Under the pieces are notes generated by a model that saw only the letters and a list, made by a program, of their open reading frames with translations, was not told where the DNA came from and searched no databases. From Candidatus Bathyarchaeota archaeon (GTDB lineage Archaea > Thermoproteota > Bathyarchaeia > Bathyarchaeales > DTEX01), in assembly GCA_018397065.1 (NCBI GenBank), contig JAGTRI010000003.1, forward strand, positions 6,742-70,741: a stretch of DNA of 64,000 nucleotides, given 5' to 3'. Below are positions 37,110-44,751 of this stretch, piece by piece (positions within the stretch are counted from its first letter, which is position 1; every line of letters starts with the position of its first letter). The translations under genes were made by a program, and so were the position numbers.

Positions 37110-38579
37110 TTAATCCACATTTTTTCTTTCTTTAAAAAAATACCGGGTTTTTCCTAAAGTTTGTATGTTCAATGGTTTAATTTTAACTATGATGGGAAAG
37201 TCTTTTACGACTTTTCCAAGCACGAGGCAATGATGTGGTGGAAGGTCTCGGACAATTGATACTGCTGTTTCTGCATCTACTCTTGCAGCTCTTGAAACTA
37301 TTTCCAAATCGTGCTCATTGACAAAATTTAAGAGAAAAATATTGTCTGCTTGGCGATAAATGTTCTCGTTTATCGTGTTCGGCTGGTTTGTCACAAAGGT
37401 TGTAAATAAGCCGTAGTGTCTCATTCTTGTGACTGCATCGTCCCAGTATGTTTCCCTAAGATATAGGTGGGCTTCTTCAGCGAATAAGAATGCTGCCTTA
37501 ATCTTCCATTGAGAAAGGATCTCTTGTAGTTTCGCAAGGACAAATTCAACTACGATCTGTCTATCAGTTGGCGAAGTGTTACTTAGGTTTATAACTATTG
37601 CTCCTCCGCCGTTATTTTCGATTTTCTTTAGAAGCGCCTCAAGATCAACAGCTTCAGCCATATTGTCTGTGAAGAATCCGGAATGAACCATGGCGTAATA
37701 GCGGGAGTACATCGCGTCTCGAACGTGCTGGTTACATTTCGAGCGGTTGATGGCTCCGCCTAGTTCGTGCAATGTTACTGTTCCGCTTTCTTCAAGAGCT
37801 CGCCAAATGTGACGGAATTCTCGAGCGGAAGTTCCTGGCAAATTAAGTGCATAAGTAAGAATCCGCATTATGACGTAGAGGTTTGTTTGGTAAAGGGTAA
37901 CCTTAAAATTCTCGCCAGGTGACAGAACGTGAATTTTTTCAAAGTTTTCTGTTTTTGTACCATCCTCTGTTAGACCCAAATTTGTATATTCGCCATTGAT
38001 GTCAAGGATCACTACTGTTGCTCCATGCTGCACGAGACCTAAAACTAACAACTTTGAAAGATGAGACTTTCCTGTGCCTTTCTTTCCAGTGATTATGTTA
38101 AGCCGTCCATCCATCTCACAAGCGTCAATGCTTAAAGGCGCTTTATCATGTGTCACTCCTAGGTCAATCAGTAACCCTTTAGTAATGCCTGCTAAATTTA
38201 GCAGAGTTTCCGTTGGAAGCTTTTTTACGCTAGAATGTGTGCGAGATGGAAGCCAGTTGTTGTCTGGACAAATTTTTCCATCAACTAAGGTACCGTATAT
38301 TTTGCAAATAAGTAATCTTGCATCCTGAATGTAAAGTATGTGTGACATAATGTCAAGTGGGTCAGAATCTTCGCCCTGAGCGACTTCGTCCGTGTTAGGC
38401 GAACGGAGAAGTTCCTCCATCATTCCAGGCACGTTTGCAAATTGGATGTCTATAACTTGGGCAATCATGGATTTTCCCAGTTTCTTGTCTTCGACGATGA
38501 GGTAGCCTCCTTTTTCTACTTCTTCGCCTGGAAAACTCAATACATGCAAAGTGTTTCCAACTTTCTTAAAAATCCGCAT
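37110..38579 (-). CDS. HerA-like (DUF87-type) P-loop ATPase
   Basis: N-terminal barrel-like region (GGYLIVEDKKLGKSMIAQVIDIQF), Walker A ITGKKGTGKSHLSK, Walker B AAFLFAEEAHLY. 489 aa. Starts 2 nt after the upstream NurA-like gene. Confidence 0.7.
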   Translation of the reverse strand: MRIFKKVGNTLHVLSFPGEEVEKGGYLIVEDKKLGKSMIAQVIDIQFANVPGMMEELLRSPNTDEVAQGEDSDPLDIMSHILYIQDARLLICKIYGTLVDGKICPDNNWLPSRTHSSVKKLPTETLLNLAGITKGLLIDLGVTHDKAPLSIDACEMDGRLNIITGKKGTGKSHLSKLLVLGLVQHGATVVILDINGEYTNLGLTEDGTKTENFEKIHVLSPGENFKVTLYQTNLYVIMRILTYALNLPGTSAREFRHIWRALEESGTVTLHELGGAINRSKCNQHVRDAMYSRYYAMVHSGFFTDNMAEAVDLEALLKKIENNGGGAIVINLSNTSPTDRQIVVEFVLAKLQEILSQWKIKAAFLFAEEAHLYLRETYWDDAVTRMRHYGLFTTFVTNQPNTINENIYRQADNIFLLNFVNEHDLEIVSRAARVDAETAVSIVRDLPPHHCLVLGKVVKDFPIIVKIKPLNIQTLGKTRYFFKERKNVD

Positions 38580-38581
38580 TT

Positions 38582-39676
38582 TTAGTCATCTAATCCTGTT
38601 CCGTATGGTCCAAACAGCGTTTTTCTCATGTTGTTTCTGGGAACAATTCTTAACCCGTACTCGTGTGCCAGAAAGCTTTGGATGCCTATAACATCATTTG
38701 CTGTGAAAGTTGAATAGATATGAGCTAGTCGAAGGCATTCTGGATATCCTTGGAACAAAAGTTCATTGCCAAGAAGTCTTTGAACCGCCATTATGTTGTC
38801 TTCTTTTGAAAGACCTTTGTCGATATCTAAGCGGAAAGTCGAACCATGTGAAGCCAGATTAGCTACGTAGATTCTTCCAAGCAGATTCGTATTTTTTGTG
38901 ATTGATAATGGTAACTCGTCAACTTCAAAGAGACATGGCGGCTCATGATTCACAATAATATCCGTTATTTTCCAGCCGAGAAACCTTATTGTCGTAACCT
39001 TGGTGAATGCAAGAATAGCATTTCCATGCTTTCTCGCTGTTCTCAGAATGTACGAAATCTCATTAACTGTGTTTCCAGAAGTTCCCGCAGTCAAGGAACC
39101 GTCCCAAAGAATTATGCTTTCAGATGCAGAGTACGCGATGGCGGTTTGAATCCACCTTTCCACTTGATTGCATAGTTTTCCAATTGCTTCAAATAGTGGC
39201 GTATGATTAGTGTTTATTTCTTGTAATATATTGTTTTCAAAGTGGCTGAAGAGTTCTTGCTTGTTTTCTTCTGTGATGTGAAAAGGAAACGGACCAATTC
39301 TGAGATATTTATATTTTTGATTTTGGTTCCACACAATTGCGCCTCTTATTGCGCATAGAATTCCAGTCTCTGTTTCTCCCAGTCTTATGCCTGACACGTC
39401 TATTCCGATGATTGGTGTGTGGTCTTCGATGGCTTTTAAAGGTGTCAAAAAAGTTGATATTGTTTTTCCTTCAAGTTTCTGTTGTAAAACTTGTTGGTTG
39501 TTTTGTTCCAAGTTTTCTAAGAGACGTGTTTCAAATGGCTGGAATGTTTTCTCTCTTACGTTATGCATTGTGTTTAGACTTGCTTCTATTAGCTTTTTGT
39601 TAAGTTCTGTGTTTTGCATGATTTGTGGAAAATTATATCTTGATGTTATTGTATATTGTAATTGTTCAATCACCAA
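38582..39676 (-). CDS. NurA-like nuclease domain protein
   Basis: IIGIDVSG... and IILWDGSL acidic motifs resemble the NurA catalytic Asp motifs. 364 aa. Tightly coupled to the HerA-like ATPase. Confidence 0.55.
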   Translation of the reverse strand: MVIEQLQYTITSRYNFPQIMQNTELNKKLIEASLNTMHNVREKTFQPFETRLLENLEQNNQQVLQQKLEGKTISTFLTPLKAIEDHTPIIGIDVSGIRLGETETGILCAIRGAIVWNQNQKYKYLRIGPFPFHITEENKQELFSHFENNILQEINTNHTPLFEAIGKLCNQVERWIQTAIAYSASESIILWDGSLTAGTSGNTVNEISYILRTARKHGNAILAFTKVTTIRFLGWKITDIIVNHEPPCLFEVDELPLSITKNTNLLGRIYVANLASHGSTFRLDIDKGLSKEDNIMAVQRLLGNELLFQGYPECLRLAHIYSTFTANDVIGIQSFLAHEYGLRIVPRNNMRKTLFGPYGTGLDD

Positions 39677-39773
39677 TATTCACCAATTTACAATTAATGT
39701 ATAATGTTGATATATAAATGTTGCGCATGTTCAACTTGAACAATTCAATAATCAATAAAAATCAATAATAAAC

Positions 39774-40250
39774 ATGGCAAAGACGGTATGTGATAGTCAT
39801 ATGGCAAATGAAGCTGAAGGAAAACAGGATACAACAAAACCTCTTGTTCACATAAAAATGAAAGTGGGAAACATCGAATTTGAGCTTGACTGCCGAGAAG
39901 ACCAAGTACAAGAACTAGTACAGAAAGTTTTGGCAAGCGCAACTGAGTATGCTGGCAAGACCGTTAATGTTCCTGTGGAAAGACCATCTTCTCCAGTGAG
40001 AGCTGATACGTGTAGAGACATTGCGGAAAGACTTTGGAAGGAAGGCTTCTTTTCTGAGCCAAAATTGCTAGGCGACGTGCACGAGGAGATGACGAGAATA
40101 GGTTATCACTTTGACCGAACAGCGGTTTCTCATGTTCTACGAGACATGGTTAGAGATGGCATCATAACTAGAGAAGGAAAGCCCCGAGGCTATTTGTATG
40201 TACAAAAGCGTCCACCCACGGCAACTCAAGTTTCAAGCTCTAATAGCTAA
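39774..40250 (+). CDS. Uncharacterised two-domain protein (N-terminal beta-beta-alpha module + C-terminal wHTH), paralogue family member P1
   Basis: VHIKMKVGNIEFELDCREDQVQELVQKVL and ...VSHVLRDMVRDGIITREGKPRGYLYV parallel the proteins at 42802 and 43284. Confidence 0.5.
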   Translation: MAKTVCDSHMANEAEGKQDTTKPLVHIKMKVGNIEFELDCREDQVQELVQKVLASATEYAGKTVNVPVERPSSPVRADTCRDIAERLWKEGFFSEPKLLGDVHEEMTRIGYHFDRTAVSHVLRDMVRDGIITREGKPRGYLYVQKRPPTATQVSSSNS

Positions 40251-40287
40251 GAGTTTTTTGTCGGTATTTAAGAAATGGTATCGTGAT

Positions 40288-40863
40288 ATGACTGAAAAAA
40301 GTTCAGAAATTAACGAATCTCGAAATGCAGTTGTTCTGGTTGTAGCTCACTGCATCTTGAATCGAAGTACGAGGTGGTGGCAAAAGGGGCAGTCCGCTGA
40401 AAGAAACTTTGGTCCTGTTAACGAAATCACACGCTTCTTGTCCGATAATAAAATAGGAGCTTTTCAGTTGCCATGTCCAGAGTACACGTTTCTCGGAAAT
40501 CCCCGTCCTCCAGCGACAAAGGACGATTATGAAAATTTGCAGGGATTCAAAGAACACTGCGAACAATTAGCTGCCGAGTCGGTTAATCATCTTAGACTGC
40601 TGGTTGAAAAGGGATTGGAGCCGAAAATTGTTTTTCTAGCTGTTGTCGGTATAGAGAGATCTCCTTGTTGTGGGGTGAATTGCACTCCAAGAAGTATTGA
40701 TGGCGAAACAAGATATAAAAAAGAAAAAGGATTATTCCTTGAAGCCTTATTTGAAGAATTGAAAAAACTTGGCTACACAATCCCAGTGGTCGGATTAGAC
40801 TTGCATCAGCCAGAAGATGCTTGCAGAAAACTGACTGTTCTCCTAAAGAAATGTGCCAAATAA
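40288..40863 (+). CDS. DUF523/TudS-like Cys-rich protein
   Basis: VVAHCILN..., LPCPEYTFLGNPRPPA and ERSPCCG resemble the three conserved Cys motifs of DUF523 (CLLG, CPE..PR.P, SPSCG). Start taken at the internal ATG; the track ORF begins inside the upstream gene. Confidence 0.45.
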   Translation: MTEKSSEINESRNAVVLVVAHCILNRSTRWWQKGQSAERNFGPVNEITRFLSDNKIGAFQLPCPEYTFLGNPRPPATKDDYENLQGFKEHCEQLAAESVNHLRLLVEKGLEPKIVFLAVVGIERSPCCGVNCTPRSIDGETRYKKEKGLFLEALFEELKKLGYTIPVVGLDLHQPEDACRKLTVLLKKCAK

Positions 40864-40928
40864 TTTTTAATAAAAAAGTTTTTTGTTTTTACAGATTATT
40901 CTATCTGTTTCTAAACCTTTATCATAAA

Positions 40929-41092
40929 AATTTGTCTGTAAGAGAAAGAGGGAAGGGGGCATATATAGGCGGGTCAGTTTTCCTGGTCATTCTTCCACGT
41001 TTCGTGCTTATTCCGTGCATGTTGAGAATTTTTTCTTTATATAGGCTCTGTGGAAACACTGTGGAACTGTGGATTGTAAAAAATTTGTTTGT
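40929..41092 (+). repeat. Intergenic repeat, copy B (about 90 nt upstream of the MtrH-like gene)
   Basis: Core 40961-41077 equals the reverse complement of 24884-25000 (8/117 mismatches). Contains CTGTGG x3 (41048, 41059, 41067). Bounded by AAAAATTTGTCTGT (40926) and AAAAATTTGTTTGT (41079). Confidence 0.85.
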
Positions 41093-41181
41093 GGTCTACA
41101 TAACTCATTTAAAGGTTTAAGTAAAATTTATGTGCATACAAGTTAACAGATAAGGGTTTATGTTACCGAGGAGGACGAAAA

Positions 41182-42090
41182 GTGTTTCAATATAGTAGAA
41201 AACAAGTGACCTATGACATTGGTGGAATAAAGGTGGGTGGCGAAATTGGTGAAAACCCCACAGTTATGATCGGCAGCATCTTTTACAAGGGCGACAAACT
41301 GGTTAATGACGAAAAAACTGGATCTTTCGACAAGGAGAAGGCTCGAGAATTAATTTCAAAGGTTGAGGAGATGTCTGAAAGAACTGGACTTTCAGCCATG
41401 CTTGATGTAGTGTGCACTTACCCTGATACCGTCCATGGATATTTGGAATTCGCTGCGGATGCTACTCGTATGCCTTTGTTGATTGATGCAGTGTCTGAAG
41501 AGGCAGCACTAGCTGGTCTAGAATGTGCAAAAGAACTAGGTATAATTGACAGAACCATTCTGAATTCCATTAATCCTGAAACTCGTGAAAAGGTTTTTGA
41601 AAAAATTCGGGAAACTGGCTTGAAATCTGCGCTTCTTCTCACGTACAGTACTAAAGCCATAATTTCGTCGAAAGAGCGAATAGCCCTTCTGGAGGCGATG
41701 ATTCCGAAAGTGAAGGCTCTGGGCGTTGAAAAGATGCTTATCGACACAGTTGTGATTGACATAGCTACACTTGGATTAGCATGTAAAGCCATCCGCGAAG
41801 TCAAAGAAAAATTCGGATTGCCTGTTGGATGCGGAGCACACAACGCAATTTCATCTTGGAAATCTCTCAAAGAAAAAAAGGACAAGACACTAACTTTAAC
41901 ATGTTCATCTGTAGCGAGCAGTCTACCAATAGCAATAGGAGCAGATTTCGTTCTATACGGCCCAATAAGCGATGCACCCGTTATATTTCCAGCAGTCAGC
42001 CTAATTAACGCCGCCTTTGGACAGGCACTGATGGAAGACGGAAAACGGCTGCAGCCAACTCACCCCAGATTCCGCATAGCTCGTTTTTAA
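41182..42090 (+). CDS. mtrH: MtrH-family (tetrahydromethanopterin S-methyltransferase subunit H-like) methyltransferase
   Basis: MFQYSRKQVTYDIGGIKVGGEIGENPTVMIGSIFYKGDK... is the characteristic MtrH N-terminus. 302 aa. GGAGG 8 nt before the GTG. No other mtr subunit genes adjacent. Confidence 0.75.
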   Translation: MFQYSRKQVTYDIGGIKVGGEIGENPTVMIGSIFYKGDKLVNDEKTGSFDKEKARELISKVEEMSERTGLSAMLDVVCTYPDTVHGYLEFAADATRMPLLIDAVSEEAALAGLECAKELGIIDRTILNSINPETREKVFEKIRETGLKSALLLTYSTKAIISSKERIALLEAMIPKVKALGVEKMLIDTVVIDIATLGLACKAIREVKEKFGLPVGCGAHNAISSWKSLKEKKDKTLTLTCSSVASSLPIAIGADFVLYGPISDAPVIFPAVSLINAAFGQALMEDGKRLQPTHPRFRIARF

Positions 42091-42165
42091 CCAAAATTTT
42101 TTCCACAAAACTTAATAATTATTGAAGAAACGAATTTCTTACATCAAACAACAATAGTCACAATT

Positions 42166-42243
42166 GCGGCTGTTGTCTAGCCTGGCCTAGGACTCAAGCC
42201 TTCCAAGCTTGCAACCCGGGTTCAAATCCCGGCAGCCGCACCA
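42166..42243 (+). tRNA. tRNA-Gly(UCC) with encoded CCA
   Basis: GCGGCTG/CAGCCGC acceptor stem, D arm GTCT..GGAC, anticodon arm CAAGC-CTTCCAA-GCTTG, T arm CCGGG-TTCAAAT-CCCGG, ACCA 3' end. Confidence 0.9.
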
Positions 42244-42400
42244 GTACCATGCAGACTAGTACGAAGCCTTTATTGGCTAATCCTTTGACATCTTCAATAA
42301 GTGCTGGTTCACAAATGATCATATTGTTAAAATTAAAATAATCTGGAATTCTAAAACGAAGGTAGTTTCGAATTTTGATAATAAAAAGTTGCTTTAGACT

Positions 42401-42688
42401 TTACCTGCTTTTTTCTAACCATTCTACTATGTATTTAAGGTTTGTCACCGTTTTTGGGACATATCTCGAGTAAGCTAGGCTGAGCTGATAGACTTGTCTT
42501 GCCTTCTTCAACGCTTCCTCAATGTTTTCCCGGTTGAGGTTTCTAAGGATCATCTGAAGCTCCCTCAACTGTCTTATTCCATCTTCAGCCTCTATTGAGT
42601 AGTATCTGTACTCCTCAACCTCTGCGATGCATTCCATAATCTTTTCTTCTACTTCAGACATAGATATGACCACAAATTCAAGTTTCAT
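42401..42688 (-). CDS. Hypothetical helical protein
   Basis: 95-aa ORF, charged/helical, no motif recognised. Same strand as and downstream of the paralogue pair. Confidence 0.4.
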   Translation of the reverse strand: MKLEFVVISMSEVEEKIMECIAEVEEYRYYSIEAEDGIRQLRELQMILRNLNRENIEEALKKARQVYQLSLAYSRYVPKTVTNLKYIVEWLEKSR

Positions 42689-42801
42689 AATTTAAAAATT
42701 TAAGGCTTTGCCAGCTAAGGACCAATCCAAATAATTTGATAAGTATAGTAAAACTGCAACTGTTTGATGAATACGAATTGTAGAGCATGATCTCAAAAAT
42801 A

Positions 42802-43287
42802 TTAAAGGCAGGCCATTTTTTCTTCTGTTTTTCTTATACCGGAAATTGTCAGTTTGTATTCTCCTTCTGTTGTCCGTTCGATGATTCCTTCGTCGATAAG
42901 CTTGGGAACCTCGTTGGATATTGTTTTCCGCGCTTTTTCTGTGATTTTCGCTAACTCAGCTGAAGAGAGTGCATCTTTAGAAAATTTTCCAAGTTTGTTG
43001 CCAACATAAGCTCCTAGTAGAGCAATGCAGATTGCATCTCGAGCTGACAACTCGTCCCTTGAAACAAGGATTGGACCTTCAGAGGTTACTTCTACCTTTC
43101 CAACAAGTTTCGCTGCGAGGCTGGAAACGTCTGGGGTATAGACCAACTTATTAATAATTTCCAGATTAGGGTATATTTTTGTTAAGAAGCGAACTACAGC
43201 GTCGAAAACTTGGTTGACGTCGCCTTCAAAGTCAGCTTTTGCTTCGCCAAACTCAAGATGAACCTTCAATTTGTTTTGTTCGTTCAT
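42802..43287 (-). CDS. Uncharacterised two-domain protein (beta-beta-alpha module + wHTH), paralogue P2
   Basis: LKVHLEFGEAKADFEGDVNQVFDAVVRFL ... SSAELAKITEKARKTISNEVPKLIDEGIIERTTEGEYKLT. ATG overlaps the stop of the upstream paralogue (ATGA). AGAGGA 9 nt upstream. Confidence 0.55.
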   Translation of the reverse strand: MNEQNKLKVHLEFGEAKADFEGDVNQVFDAVVRFLTKIYPNLEIINKLVYTPDVSSLAAKLVGKVEVTSEGPILVSRDELSARDAICIALLGAYVGNKLGKFSKDALSSAELAKITEKARKTISNEVPKLIDEGIIERTTEGEYKLTISGIRKTEEKMACL

Positions 43288-43808
43288 GGTTTAGATTCCT
43301 CTTTTGGTACAAGCTTAGGCAGTACATCATCCAAGAAAGCTTTCACACCTAAAGTTGTAATTCGATACTCGCCTCGTCCAACACGTTCAACCCAACCTAG
43401 GCTTGTTAACTCGCTAAGCCTAGCTCCAACAGTGCCAGATTTTCCACCCGTAAAGGATTGAATTTCGTTCATTGTTAAAGAATCTTTTCCTATTTGCCCA
43501 GTTTTGAATCCAATGTATGATTTAACGAGGTGAGTGAGAATGACGTCTCTTTCGCCTCCCATTTTTTCTCTGGGAACCGTTATTACAATCCCTTCTGGAG
43601 TAAAAGCCATTAGATCCTTAACACTTTTCAAAAGGTTTTCCATATCAATGGTTAAGGTTAAACTTGAAATGAGTTCGAAGCCTGGTATAATCTTACTAAA
43701 GTACTTTAGAACCGATTGAATCACGTCTTCTGATTTTCCAACAAACCTGGTTTCAACGTCCTTAAATTTTACTATTACTTCAAGACTGCTTTTATTCTCG
43801 CCCAACAC
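43284..43808 (-). CDS. Uncharacterised two-domain protein (beta-beta-alpha module + wHTH), paralogue P3
   Basis: LEVIVKFKDVETRFVGKSEDVIQSVLKYF ... LTMNEIQSFTGGKSGTVGARLSELTSLGWVERVGRGEYRIT. 174 aa. Confidence 0.55.
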   Translation of the reverse strand: MLGENKSSLEVIVKFKDVETRFVGKSEDVIQSVLKYFSKIIPGFELISSLTLTIDMENLLKSVKDLMAFTPEGIVITVPREKMGGERDVILTHLVKSYIGFKTGQIGKDSLTMNEIQSFTGGKSGTVGARLSELTSLGWVERVGRGEYRITTLGVKAFLDDVLPKLVPKEESKP

Positions 43809-44013
43809 AGTACTCTCCGTTCAGTAAACGTAACATTTAATAATCTATCAAATTTAAACCGTTCACTTTTTCTTTATTGCCCATATAGTTTAAAAGATTT
43901 ACCGCAAAAATATAATGATGGAACTTCCTTTAAATCAATAGATAATTATAATATTTTATTCAAGAAATCTTTCTATATTAAATAAAGGACAATGAATTGG
44001 AGCGTACCAATCT

Positions 44014-44709
44014 TTGAGTGAAGCAAAAGTTTTTCCCCGTAGGCTGAGCTTCTCAAAAATTTGCGACATATTGATCGGCTATTTGAATGCGGGTGCAGAC
44101 AACCAATTTGTAGGTGTAAGCGAAGTTGTTGAAAAATCAAATGTTACCCTTCATAACATCAGTCGAAACAACAACTTTCTGAAAACCTGGAATTTCATTG
44201 AAGAAAAAGAAAACGAGCCTGGAAAATACAAACTGAACCGTGAAGCCGCTGAATTCGCGTATGCATACAGAATAGACCCAAATGGAGAACAAACAAGACT
44301 GTTGCTTAACAAGATTTTATCAAAATACCCAGTATTAACGGCCTTTGTGGAACGAATCCGCCGCGAAAACCTCAGCCGAGACACAGCCTTAATTGAGCTT
44401 CCAAGAGTTATAGGAGATCTCCGAGCTGACAAGGTTGGCCTAACGGCCTTTCTAGACATGACAGCCTACGCATTTGGACTTGAAGAACTTTCAACGCAAG
44501 CCAAAATCGCTAAACCGCTAAGAGAAATTCGAAGAACGCCAAGGGCACTTACAAAAACAGAGGCATCTGCTCAAACGATTACTGTAAAGTCTCCTACAGC
44601 AAATATTTCCGTAAACCTAACTATAAGCCCAGATGTTACACCTGAAAAACTAAAAGAATACATTAAGGTAATACTTGAAGCCTACGACGAACACCATAAA
44701 GAACAGTAA
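44014..44709 (+). CDS. Uncharacterised protein with N-terminal wHTH and C-terminal beta-alpha module (possible domain-swapped relative of P1-P3)
   Basis: ICDILIGYLNAG...VGVSEVVEKSNVTLHNISRNNNFLKTWNFIEEKENEPGKYKL (wHTH) and C-terminal ISVNLTISPDVTPEKLKEYIKVILEAY. Divergent from P3. TTG start 8 nt after GGAGCG. Confidence 0.45.
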   Translation: MSEAKVFPRRLSFSKICDILIGYLNAGADNQFVGVSEVVEKSNVTLHNISRNNNFLKTWNFIEEKENEPGKYKLNREAAEFAYAYRIDPNGEQTRLLLNKILSKYPVLTAFVERIRRENLSRDTALIELPRVIGDLRADKVGLTAFLDMTAYAFGLEELSTQAKIAKPLREIRRTPRALTKTEASAQTITVKSPTANISVNLTISPDVTPEKLKEYIKVILEAYDEHHKEQ

Positions 44710-44751
44710 ATTGAACATAGTTAAACTTAGATTCGTTAACTGAACGAGCCT

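Noticed and set aside
42166-44750. Integrated mobile element downstream of tRNA-Gly carrying the wHTH paralogue cluster.
   Set aside because: No integrase or recombinase ORF, no direct repeat of the tRNA-Gly 3' end found by eye near 44710-44750, and composition looks like the surrounding chromosome.
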